Position numbers and translations under genes: made by a program
Assembly: GCA_965116985.1 (NCBI GenBank)
Contig: OZ220745.1
Span: forward strand, 2,691,092-2,755,091
DNA from: Dehalococcoidia bacterium
GTDB taxonomy: Bacteria > Chloroflexota > Dehalococcoidia > Lucifugimonadales > G963668185
Length of the DNA: 64,000 nucleotides
Direction: 5' to 3'
Notes under the pieces: model-generated
What the model was told of the DNA's origin: nothing
Databases searched by the model: none
What the model saw: the letters and a program-made list of their open reading frames with translations, nothing else
Shown: in pieces, positions 9,465 through 17,786 of the stretch
How positions within the stretch are numbered: position 1 is the stretch's first letter
How the letters are laid out: each line of letters opens with the position of its first letter

Positions 9465-12086
9465 ATGTTCAAGAAGCTTGCAAACCTGCTCGGCAACTCC
9501 AATGAGCGTGCTGTCAAGCAAGTCCAGGGCAGGGTCGAGGCGATCAACGCCTTGGAGCCCAAGCTCGAGGCGCTTGCGGAAGACCAGCTTCAGGCGAGGA
9601 CGGACAGGTTCCGCGAAGATCTCGACCGGGGCGCTGACCTTGACGAGATACTTCCCGAAGCCTTCGCTACTGTACGAGAGGCCGCTAAGCGCGCATTGGG
9701 ACAGCGTCACTACGATGTCCAGCTGATTGGTGGCGCGGTCCTCCATGAAGGGAAGATCGCGGAGATGCGCACCGGTGAGGGGAAGACCCTCGTAGCAACG
9801 CTTCCTTCCTACCTGAACGCCCTGACCGGACAGGGCGTCCATGTCGTCACAGTCAATGACTACCTGGCGCGGCGGGATGCCCAGTGGATGGGCGACGTCT
9901 ATCACATGCTTGGACTGTCGATCGGCGTCCTGCAGAACCAGGACGCATATGTCTTCGACCCGGACCCTCCAAGTCCGAAGCCGGGAATGGAGAAGCTTCG
10001 TGCGGCGTCCCGCGAAGAGGCCTACAAGGCCGATATCACTTACGGGACGAACAATGAGTTCGGGTTCGACTACCTGCGGGACAACATGGTCGTGGACCTT
10101 CCGAGCAGGGTCCAGAGAGGCCGCGTCTACGCCATAGTTGACGAAGTGGACAACATCCTCATCGATGAGGCCCGGACGCCGCTGATCATAAGCGGGCAGG
10201 CGGAGACCCAGCCCCGTGAGTACCAGCGCTTCGCGAAGCTGGCCCTCCAGTTGCGGGACTCTGAGGACTACACCGTCGACGAGAAGCACAAAGCCGTGTC
10301 CCTGACCGTTGAGGGTATGGGCAAGCTGGAGCGGATTCTCGGCGTTTCGAATCTGTACGACCCTTCCAACTTCGAACTCGTTCACTTCGTGGAGAACGCA
10401 GTCAAGGCGCAGGCCATCTACAAGAGGGACCGCGACTACGTGGTAAGAGACGGTGAAGTGGTGCTCGTGGACGAATTCACCGGCCGGCTCATGCCCGGGC
10501 GGCGCGTCTCCGATGGAATGCACCAGGCGATTGAGGCAAAGGAAGGGACCCGGGTCCAGCGCGAAACGACTACCCACGCCACGATTACCCTCCAGAACTA
10601 CTTCCGGCTGTACGAGAAGCTTGCGGGGATGACCGGCACGGCAGTCACGGAGGCTGAGGAGTTCTTCAAGATCTACAAGCTGGAGGTCGTGGAGATACCC
10701 ACTCACCGGCCGATGGTCAGGGACGACTCCAACGACCTGATCTACCGCGACCAGAAGGCGAAGTACAAGGCAGTTGTCGAAGACATCAAGAGTCGGCATG
10801 AGCGCGGTCAGCCTGTCCTTGTCGGGACTACCGACATCTCGAAGTCTGAGGCGCTCAGCGGGCTTCTGAAGAGGCAGGGCATCCCCCACGAGGTGCTGAA
10901 TGCCAAGCAGCACGAGCGCGAGGCCAACATCGTCGCGCAGGCCGGCCGGCCGGGCGCGGTCACGGTCGCGACGAATATGGCGGGGCGCGGCACGGACATC
11001 ATTCTGGGCGGCAGCCAGGACGGACTCGATGAGAGCGCGTGGGCCAAAGAGCACCAGAAAGTGCTGGACGCCGGCGGACTGCACATAGTCGGAACTGAGC
11101 GGCACGAGGCCCGCCGCATCGACAATCAGCTCCGAGGCCGGTCGGGCAGGCAGGGCGACCCGGGAAGCTCTCGTTACTACGTTGCGTTGGACGACGATCT
11201 TATGAGGCGCTTCGGCGGCGAGCGCATCAGGTCGGTCATGGACTGGGCGGGACTGGAGGATGACGTTCCCATCGAAAACCGCGTCATCAGCAAGTCGCTC
11301 GAAAGCGCCCAGGTCAAGGTCGAGGCCCACCACTTCGATATGCGCAAGCACCTGGTGGACTACGACGACGTTGTCAACACTCACAGGGACGTCATCTACA
11401 GCGAGCGAGACAAGATTCTTGGCGGCTCGGACCTTGAGAGCAACGTCCGATCCATGGTCGAAAGCGAGATCCAGGGAGTCCTGGACGGCTACCTGAACGA
11501 CCGGACCCACGAGGACTGGGATGTGGACGGCTTGCTGGCGGAGCTCGAGGCGCTCTTGCCGCTGCCTCCCGATCTTTCCAACGCAGACGAGGTGTTCGAT
11601 CTGCGGTCTGACGACATCACGAACCGTGTGCACCAGTGGGCCGATGAGTCGTACACGCGGCTGGAGGGCGAGGTCGGCGCCGGGGTCATGAGGTCTATCG
11701 AGCGGCACCTTATGCTCAGGATCATCGACGCCCACTGGGTAACCCACCTGACCGCGATGGAGAACCTGCGCCAGGGCATCGGCCTTCACGCGTACGGTCA
11801 GCGAGACCCGCTCGTGATGTACAAGAGGGAGGCGCACGAGAAGTTCCAGGACCTCATGGCGCGAATCCAGCGGGATATCGCGCACGCCATCTTCCGCGTC
11901 ACGGTCGCCCCGGGCGGCCCGGGTCCGAACGGAGTGCAGCGCCTGGGCCCTGCTCCGGCCAGGCCTGCCGCAAGGCGCGCGGCAGTCCCGGTCGGCGGTC
12001 CCGCGGCGTCGCGCAAGGTTGGCCGCAACGCTCCGTGCCCCTGCGGAAGCGGCAAGAAGTACAAGCGCTGCCACGGCGGGAACTGA
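9465..12086 (+). CDS. secA: preprotein translocase ATPase SecA
   Basis: MFKKLANLLGNSNERAVK..., DEAD-like motor motifs (MRTGEGKTLVATLP, DEVDNILIDEARTPLIISG), C-terminal zinc finger CPCGSGKKYKRCHG. Confidence 0.97.
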   Translation: MFKKLANLLGNSNERAVKQVQGRVEAINALEPKLEALAEDQLQARTDRFREDLDRGADLDEILPEAFATVREAAKRALGQRHYDVQLIGGAVLHEGKIAEMRTGEGKTLVATLPSYLNALTGQGVHVVTVNDYLARRDAQWMGDVYHMLGLSIGVLQNQDAYVFDPDPPSPKPGMEKLRAASREEAYKADITYGTNNEFGFDYLRDNMVVDLPSRVQRGRVYAIVDEVDNILIDEARTPLIISGQAETQPREYQRFAKLALQLRDSEDYTVDEKHKAVSLTVEGMGKLERILGVSNLYDPSNFELVHFVENAVKAQAIYKRDRDYVVRDGEVVLVDEFTGRLMPGRRVSDGMHQAIEAKEGTRVQRETTTHATITLQNYFRLYEKLAGMTGTAVTEAEEFFKIYKLEVVEIPTHRPMVRDDSNDLIYRDQKAKYKAVVEDIKSRHERGQPVLVGTTDISKSEALSGLLKRQGIPHEVLNAKQHEREANIVAQAGRPGAVTVATNMAGRGTDIILGGSQDGLDESAWAKEHQKVLDAGGLHIVGTERHEARRIDNQLRGRSGRQGDPGSSRYYVALDDDLMRRFGGERIRSVMDWAGLEDDVPIENRVISKSLESAQVKVEAHHFDMRKHLVDYDDVVNTHRDVIYSERDKILGGSDLESNVRSMVESEIQGVLDGYLNDRTHEDWDVDGLLAELEALLPLPPDLSNADEVFDLRSDDITNRVHQWADESYTRLEGEVGAGVMRSIERHLMLRIIDAHWVTHLTAMENLRQGIGLHAYGQRDPLVMYKREAHEKFQDLMARIQRDIAHAIFRVTVAPGGPGPNGVQRLGPAPARPAARRAAVPVGGPAASRKVGRNAPCPCGSGKKYKRCHGGN

Positions 12087-12093
12087 TGGTCAA

Positions 12094-13854
12094 GTGAACA
12101 ACACTCAGATCGCCGGCGTCTTCGAGGACATTGCCTTTCTTCTGGAGATGGCAGGGGAGAAGGTGTTCCAGATCCGCGCGTACCAGCGCGCCGCCAGAAC
12201 GATCAGCCACCTGCCGACTGAACTGGACCAGATGCTGCGGGAAGAGCAGGACCTCACTGAGATACCCGGCATTGGGAAGGCGATATCGGACAAGATAGGC
12301 GAGCTGATCGACACCGGTGAGCTGGCGTACCTCCAGAACCTCAAGACCAGATTCCCAGACCTCAGCCTTGACCTGCTCAAGGTGCCCGGGCTTGGCCCGA
12401 AGACCGTGGCCAGGCTCTACGGGGAGCTTGGCATATCGGACTTGGACGGGCTCAGGGAAGGTATCGAGAGCGGTGCGGTTGCGGCGCTGCCCCGGATGGG
12501 GAAGAAGAGCACAGACAACATTCTCCGGCAGATCGAGGCCGCGCGGACAAAGGACCAGAGGACGCCGGTTGGACGGGCGATGCGTGCGGCGGACCGTCTG
12601 ATCAGCGCGCTCCGGGAAGAATGCCCGAGCCTGACCAGGATCGAGGCGGCCGGAAGCCTCAGGCGATTCGAGGAGACCATCGGCGACATAGACCTGGTGT
12701 GCACGGCAGGCGACCACGCCGAAGTTCTTGCGGCTCTTGTCGGCCAGCCCAATGTGCGTGAAGTGCTTGGGCACGGGGGAACGAAGGCGTCGGTCGTGCT
12801 CAGCGAGGGCATCCAGGTGGACCTGCGCGTCGTGAAGGAAGGCCACTACGGTGCGCTGCTCCAGTACTTCACCGGCAGTCTGCAGCACAACGTCGAACTC
12901 AGAAGCAGGGCGCAGCGTATGGGCCTGTCGCTCAACGAGTACGGACTCACGAACACGGCCACCGGCGAGGTCGAGGAGTTCGCCGCCGAGGAGGAGCTGT
13001 ACGAGCGGCTGGAGATGGACACTCCTCCCCCGGAGCTGCGCCAGGGCATGTACGAGGTCCAGGCCGCTGCCGAAAGAGCCCTGCCTCGGCTGGTGACGGT
13101 GGAGGACGTGAAGGGAGACCTGCACGACCACACAGACTGGAGCGATGGGCGGGACCCGCTGGAGTTGATGCTGGCTGCAGCCGCCGGGCGCGGCCTGGAT
13201 TATGTGGCCATCACCGACCATTCCGTTGGCAGAGGCATCGCTAACGGCCTGAGCGTCGAACGGCTGAAGATGCAGGCCGCATCGTTGAAGGAGATCCGCG
13301 AACGCTTCAACGGCATGCGTGTCCTTCACGGTACGGAGATGGACATACGGGCGGACGGCAGCCTTGACTACGACGACGATGTGCTCGAGGAGTTGGACTG
13401 GGTCATAGGCTCGATTCATTCCGGCATGGGCCAGGACGCGGAGACGATGACGCGGCGGATCATCAAGGCCATGCACAACCCTCACGTGACGGTGATCGGC
13501 CACCTGAGCACGCGGCTTATCGGCCAGCGTCCTCCCATCGAGGCCGACTATGACGCGATTCTCAGAGCCGCGGCGGAGACCGGTACGGCAATGGAGATCA
13601 ACGCCTCCCCGGAGCGGCTGGACCTGAAGGACACGCTCGTGTACCGGGCAAGGGAGCTTGGCGTGCCTTTGGTCATCAGCACAGACGCCCACACAACCGA
13701 GGCGCTCGACAACACGCGTTTCGGCGTCGCGGTGGCGCGGCGGGGCTGGTGCGAGGCCCGGCACATACTGAACGCGCTGCCTCTCGAAGGCTTTCTCGAG
13801 TACTTGGCGACGGCGAAGCCGCAGCGGACGGAATGGTTTGCCCGCAATGCGTGA
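12094..13854 (+). CDS. polX: family X DNA polymerase with C-terminal PHP domain (PolX)
   Basis: NTQIAGVFEDIAFLLEMAGE..., HhH GIGKAISDKI, PHP LHDHTDWSDG...ITDHS...STDAH. Start proposed at in-frame GTG 12094, 8 nt after the secA stop. The track's upstream extension overlaps secA. Confidence 0.85.
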   Translation: MNNTQIAGVFEDIAFLLEMAGEKVFQIRAYQRAARTISHLPTELDQMLREEQDLTEIPGIGKAISDKIGELIDTGELAYLQNLKTRFPDLSLDLLKVPGLGPKTVARLYGELGISDLDGLREGIESGAVAALPRMGKKSTDNILRQIEAARTKDQRTPVGRAMRAADRLISALREECPSLTRIEAAGSLRRFEETIGDIDLVCTAGDHAEVLAALVGQPNVREVLGHGGTKASVVLSEGIQVDLRVVKEGHYGALLQYFTGSLQHNVELRSRAQRMGLSLNEYGLTNTATGEVEEFAAEEELYERLEMDTPPPELRQGMYEVQAAAERALPRLVTVEDVKGDLHDHTDWSDGRDPLELMLAAAAGRGLDYVAITDHSVGRGIANGLSVERLKMQAASLKEIRERFNGMRVLHGTEMDIRADGSLDYDDDVLEELDWVIGSIHSGMGQDAETMTRRIIKAMHNPHVTVIGHLSTRLIGQRPPIEADYDAILRAAAETGTAMEINASPERLDLKDTLVYRARELGVPLVISTDAHTTEALDNTRFGVAVARRGWCEARHILNALPLEGFLEYLATAKPQRTEWFARNA

Positions 13855-14548
13855 GACCGTTGCTGGTCCCTGTTCCTCCAGCGCCGAGGCCATCTCTCAG
13901 CTTCGTGCAGACGTGCGGGACGGCGTCCACTGGGCTGAGGCGGTCTTTCGGGCGATGGGGCAGTGGGCCAACGCGGAGGAAGAGGCAAATGGCCGGCATT
14001 TCAGGTACGTCATTGGAGGCGAGGCGTTCGACAGGACGCTCCTGGCCGAAAGGCTGCTCCAGGAGGTTGCAGGGGAGGTCCCTGAGGGCGAGATCGAGAA
14101 CTTCACAGTCCGGGGGGACCTGCCTGAAGGAATCGATGAGGACCGGATCCAGAGCTTGCTCGGCGTGGAGAAGTATCGGGGATACCTGAACTTCCACTAT
14201 GGCGTGACCGTGGAGGAGACGCTGCAGCTGGCGGTGGAGCAGGAGGTCATCAAGCGGTACGCGAGCAACGGCATCCGACGCATTGAAGACCCTGCCGAAG
14301 AGGCGTTCGCCAGAATCTACGGCGCCGGCCAGGCGGAACTGGCCGTGAGGTTCAGGCAAGAGGACGCAGGGGAGGGCGGCACGGCTGCGACACTCGACGA
14401 AGTGCCCATGACGATGTCGGAGTGCAAGGAGTTCACCTACTGGCTGTTCAAGCTCAGGCTCAGGCGATCTGACAAGCCAAAGATAGCCAGCGACACGAAA
14501 AAGGGCCTCGACCAGCTTCAGAGGATGCGCAAGGCAAGCCGCGCCTGA
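13847..14548 (+). CDS. hypothetical protein, translationally coupled to polX
   Basis: ATG 13847 overlaps the polX stop (ATGCGTGA). Codon usage looks coding. No family recognised. Confidence 0.6.
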   Translation: MRETVAGPCSSSAEAISQLRADVRDGVHWAEAVFRAMGQWANAEEEANGRHFRYVIGGEAFDRTLLAERLLQEVAGEVPEGEIENFTVRGDLPEGIDEDRIQSLLGVEKYRGYLNFHYGVTVEETLQLAVEQEVIKRYASNGIRRIEDPAEEAFARIYGAGQAELAVRFRQEDAGEGGTAATLDEVPMTMSECKEFTYWLFKLRLRRSDKPKIASDTKKGLDQLQRMRKASRA

Positions 14549-14565
14549 CCCCGTCCTGAGCCCGT

Positions 14566-15030
14566 CGAAGTGGCCCTACGCAAGCCAGCCCTCGCCCCAA
14601 GTCCGCCAAAGCGTAGCCCCCAACCCATTCGCCCTGACCCCGTCGAAGGGCCTTGCCCCGAACACCACCCGCCCCCCAAGTCCGCCAAAGCATAGCCCCC
14701 AATCCGTTCGCCCTGAGCCTGTCGAAGGGCCTTCCGCAAGCCAACTCTCGGCCCAAGTCCGCCAAAGAGCAGCCCCCAACCCATTCGCCCTGAGCCCGTC
14801 GAAGGGGCCTTCCACAAGCCAGCACTCGCCCCAAGTCCGCCAAAGTACCCTTACCCAATCCGTTCGCCCTGAGCCTGTCGAAGGGCCTTACGCAAGCCAC
14901 CTCTCGCCCCTAATCCGCCAAAGCGTAGCCCCCAATCCGTTCACCCTGAGCCTGTCGAAGGGCCTTACGCCGAGCAGCGTCCGCTAGAAGTCCGCCATCC
15001 CTCAGGCGTAGGGGCCGTTCGCGAACGACC
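14566..15030. repeat. tandem array of six composite A+D units, 76-79 bp period
   Basis: GTCGAAG landmark at 14566, 14642, 14721, 14798, 14877 and 14954 (spacings 76, 79, 77, 79, 77). The whole unit is repeated with point variation. There are no unique spacers. Confidence 0.85.
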
Positions 15031-15390
15031 CTCCCAGCAGTACCAACCCACGCCACAACCCCGTCATCCCGGCATTCACACGGCAGCGTGAACCCGGGGC
15101 CAGCCGGGATCCAGAGGGGCGGGGGCATTTCGCCTATCGAACCACTCGCCTCGATCACAGGAATCCGCACGGAACTGTCATTCTGAACGAAGCGAAGCGG
15201 AGTGAAGAATCTAAAGCCGTTGCCCGCAAAACAAGGTTGTTCCCAGACACCAACCCACACACCACAACCCCGCCATCCCCGCACTCCCGCGCCAGCGTGA
15301 ACCCGAGGGCCAGCCGGAATCCAGAGGGGCGGGGCACCCCACGCCCGCCAACACCCTCCGGCGATAGACCCTGCCACAAACCAGCACTCG

Positions 15391-15832
15391 CCCCAAGTCC
15401 GCCAAAGTGCCCTTACCCAATTCGTTCGCCCTGAGCCCGTCGAAGGGCCTTCCGGCGAGCAGCGTCCGCCAGAAGTCCGCCCGCCACCAACCCCCGCCCT
15501 CCAAAGACCACGCGTAGGGGCCGTTCGCGAACGGCCCGCCCAACCACGCGCCACACCGAAGCGTCGACAGGAACCCGTTCGCCCCAAGTCCGCCAAAGTG
15601 CCCTTACCCAACCCGTTCGCCCTGAGCCTGTCGAAGGGTCTTCCGGCGAGCAGCGTCCGCCAGAAGTCCGCCCGCCACCAACCCCCGCCCTCCAAAGACC
15701 ACGCGTAGGGGCCGTTCGCGAACGGCCCGCCCAACCACGCGCCACACCGAAGCATCGACAGGAACCCGTTCGCCCCGTTCGCCAAAGTGCCCTTACCCAA
15801 CCCGTTCGCCCTGAGCCTGTCGAAGGGCCTTA
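15391..15832. repeat. 191-bp higher-order tandem duplication (2 full units plus a partial third)
   Basis: CCCCAAGTCC landmark at 15391 and 15582, with CCCC at 15773. The palindrome module recurs at 15514 and 15705 (191 bp apart). Confidence 0.85.
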
Positions 15833-16053
15833 CGCAAGCCACCTCCCGCCCAAAGTCCGCCCCAGCCCCCACAACAGCCGCGCACGGCCCGTTCGCAAAC
15901 GGCCCACCCACCAACCCCCGCCACACCACAATCCCGCCATCCCCGCACTCCCGCGACAGCGTGAACCCGGGGGTAGCTGGAATCCAGCGGGGCGGGGCAC
16001 CCCACGCCCATCTACACCTGAGCCCTTCCCTCCAAATCCCACCAACCGCCCTC

Positions 16054-16083
16054 TTGACACACTAGTTCTCAGTGACTTAAACT
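16054..16083 (+). promoter_or_regulatory. candidate promoter giving a leaderless mRNA for CDS 16091-17074
   Basis: TTGACA 16054-16059, 18-nt spacer, TAAACT 16078-16083, then only 7 nt to ATG 16091 with no Shine-Dalgarno. The same geometry is conserved at the paralog (56049-56078, minus strand). Confidence 0.45.
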
Positions 16084-16090
16084 AGAACGC

Positions 16091-17074
16091 ATGTATAGCG
16101 AAACGCAGTCCATATCACCAATACAGAGCATCGTCCGAGAAGAGACAAAGGACGGCAGACTCATCGTGCGATTCCTCGTCGCCGCAATGCAGGACGAGAT
16201 TCGCGACGCCAAGCCTCATCACAGGCTCGACGCCGCACGCCAGCTGATCAAGCTCGGCTTCGACGAAGCGAAGGAGTTCGCCAGCATACCCGCGACATCA
16301 CTAAAGCGTGCAGGGCAGCCGAAGCCCGAGGCCGACACCATCGACACCTCCAACCTCAACCCAGACCTAGCGCTCTTCATACGCGCCGAGACCGACGGAG
16401 GCCGCCGGGCCGTACGCTTCCTCGTCGACGTCATGCTCGGATTCATGCCCGGGTTCGGACCGCACCATCGCATAGACGCAGCCAAGGAGCTGCTCCGCCG
16501 CGGCTTCGACGAAGCCCCCGACGACCTACCACTCTTTCCCCAGCCTGCCCTGATCTCGTCGAAGGAGTCTGTCCTGAGCCCGTCGAACGAGCCTGTCCTG
16601 AGCCTGTCGAAGGAACCTGTCGGACCGCAACAGGCGTCCTCTGACGACTCCCTCGCCGAAGCCGACATCCTCCTCGACTACGAACCCCCGTACGTCAACA
16701 CATACGGCCACAGCCGAGACGACGGTCTGAACACCCGAGCAGTCTTCAAAGCGTCGGACGCCCTGATGGACGCCGTCGGCAGGCTCCCGCCGCCCGAGAA
16801 ACCCGGAGCATTCAACCCCGACGAGACGAGCAGCATCATCGTGCACAACGGAACGGAGCACTACTTCAAGGAACACGCGCGCACAGCGGTAGAACTGTCC
16901 ATCGCCGCGGGCGAAGTCATGGACGCGATCAGGCGCATCCGTGATTCATGCCGGACACCCTCCGCCTTCCTCGCCCAAAATACCAAGAAGGACTCCGACC
17001 CCGGGGAAGAACCTGCCGATGACGACGAGAGCCTGTCCCGCCCCCCTCGAGGGAACGCCGACGCTCCCCCCTGA
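16091..17074 (+). CDS. hypothetical protein, paralog 1. Two tandem ~43-aa helical repeats, an internal module-derived 8-aa repeat and an unassigned C-terminal domain
   Basis: 327-aa ORF. Internal repeats DGRLIVRFLVAAM..KPHHRLDAARQLIKLGFDEA and GGRRAVRFLVDVM..GPHHRIDAAKELLRRGFDEA. About 92% nt identity to 55010-56041 over the first 120 nt (9 mismatches counted). Confidence 0.7.
   Translation: MYSETQSISPIQSIVREETKDGRLIVRFLVAAMQDEIRDAKPHHRLDAARQLIKLGFDEAKEFASIPATSLKRAGQPKPEADTIDTSNLNPDLALFIRAETDGGRRAVRFLVDVMLGFMPGFGPHHRIDAAKELLRRGFDEAPDDLPLFPQPALISSKESVLSPSNEPVLSLSKEPVGPQQASSDDSLAEADILLDYEPPYVNTYGHSRDDGLNTRAVFKASDALMDAVGRLPPPEKPGAFNPDETSSIIVHNGTEHYFKEHARTAVELSIAAGEVMDAIRRIRDSCRTPSAFLAQNTKKDSDPGEEPADDDESLSRPPRGNADAPP
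16554..16625 (+). repeat. in-frame 24-nt tandem repeat (3 units) derived from repeat module A, inside the CDS
   Basis: Units at 16554-16577, 16578-16601 and 16602-16625 encode SKESVLSP/SNEPVLSL/SKEPVGP. The paralog has 4 units. Confidence 0.85.
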
Positions 17075-17775
17075 TCCCCACGTCCCTGCCGCAGCGTGAC
17101 CTTCGAACACACGCCGCACATCGGCAAGAAAGCCAGCCCACCCCGCAAACCCGTCATTCCGGTATTCACGCGAAAGCGTGAACCAGGGGCAGCCGGAATC
17201 CAGCGGGGCGGGGCACGTCACGCCCGCCAACACCCTCCGGCAACAGAACCCCGCCGCCCTCCCTCAGGCGTAGGGGCCGTTCGCGAACGGCCCGTCCCAC
17301 CACGCGCCACACCAAAGCGTCGACAGGAACCTGTTCGCCCCCAAATCCGCCAGAGCGTAGCCCCCAATCCGTTCGCCCTGAGCCTGTCGAAGGGCCTGCC
17401 GCAAGCCAGCTCCCGCCCCAAGTCCGCCATCCCTCGGGCGTAGGGGCCGTTCGCGAACGGCCCGCCCAACCACGCGCCACACCAAAGCGTCGACAGGAAC
17501 CCATTCGCCCCCCAAATCCGCCAGAGCGTAGCCTCCAGTCCGTTCGCCCTGAGCCTGTCGAAGGGCCTTACGCAAGCCACCTCTCGCCCCAAGTCCGCCC
17601 CAGCGCCCACATCAGGCCGCGCGCATGGGCCTTTCGCGAACGACTCTCCCTCACCAACGCCCGCCCACCCCGCAACCCGTCAATCCCGTCATTCACGCGA
17701 AAGCGTGAACCGGGGGTTAGCCGGAATCCAGTGGGGCGGGGTCGTCCGCTACTCCCCCTGAGCCCGTCGAAGAAA
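17075..17775. repeat. 0.7-kb mosaic repeat array downstream of paralog 1, abutting the copA 3' end
   Basis: Module C at 17150-17213 and 17685-17741, containing the perfect hairpin TTCACGC-GAAA-GCGTGAA (17165-17182 and 17692-17709). Module B starts at 17270 and 17440. Module A at 17369-17396. Confidence 0.9.
17261..17600. repeat. 170-bp higher-order tandem duplication (2 units)
   Basis: CCCTCrGGCGTAGGGGCCGTTCGCGAACGGCCC landmark at 17261 and 17431. Confidence 0.8.
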
Positions 17776-17786
17776 TGAGGTTAGAG

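Larger units (their letters stand above)
14549..16053. repeat. 1.5-kb non-coding mosaic array of short interspersed repeat modules (families A-E)
   Basis: A = CCGTTCGCCCTGAGCCTGTCGAAGGGCC (e.g. 14704-14731). B = GTAGGGGCCGTTCGCGAACGGCCC (start 15514, 15705). C = CCCGTCATCC..TTCACxC....GCGTGAACC..GGAATCCAGxGGGGCGGGG (e.g. 15059-15125). D = GCAAGCC..CGCCCCAAGTCCGCCAAAGCGTAGCCCCCAA. E = GTCATTCTGAACGAAGCGAAG..GAAGAATC (about 15175-15215). Confidence 0.9.

Noticed and set aside
9384-12074. 896-aa ORF antisense to secA
   Set aside because: It is a mirror-strand ORF of a GC-rich gene. The translation is Arg/Leu/Val-rich with no motifs, while the plus strand encodes an unmistakable SecA.
11899-13893. 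664-aa ORF antisense to polX
   Set aside because: Same artefact. The plus strand carries clear PolX HhH and PHP motifs.
14566-15030. CRISPR array hypothesis for the regular 76-79-bp repeats
   Set aside because: The whole unit is repeated, so there are no unique spacers. There is no leader, no cas genes in 64 kb, and the period is too long.
14460-15929. Minus-strand ORFs of up to 339 aa across the repeat array, with similar ones at 17166-17610 and 56075-56600
   Set aside because: They are translations of the repeat modules (PFDRLRANGL, RSRTAPT, LADLGRELA peptides). Several overlapping frames are open at once, and there is no RBS or start context.
16091-17074. Paralog protein as an IS200/IS605-type (RAYT) Y1 transposase
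   Set aside because: I found no His-hydrophobic-His motif or catalytic Tyr context. PHHR is not an HUH motif. Only the architectural analogy is kept.
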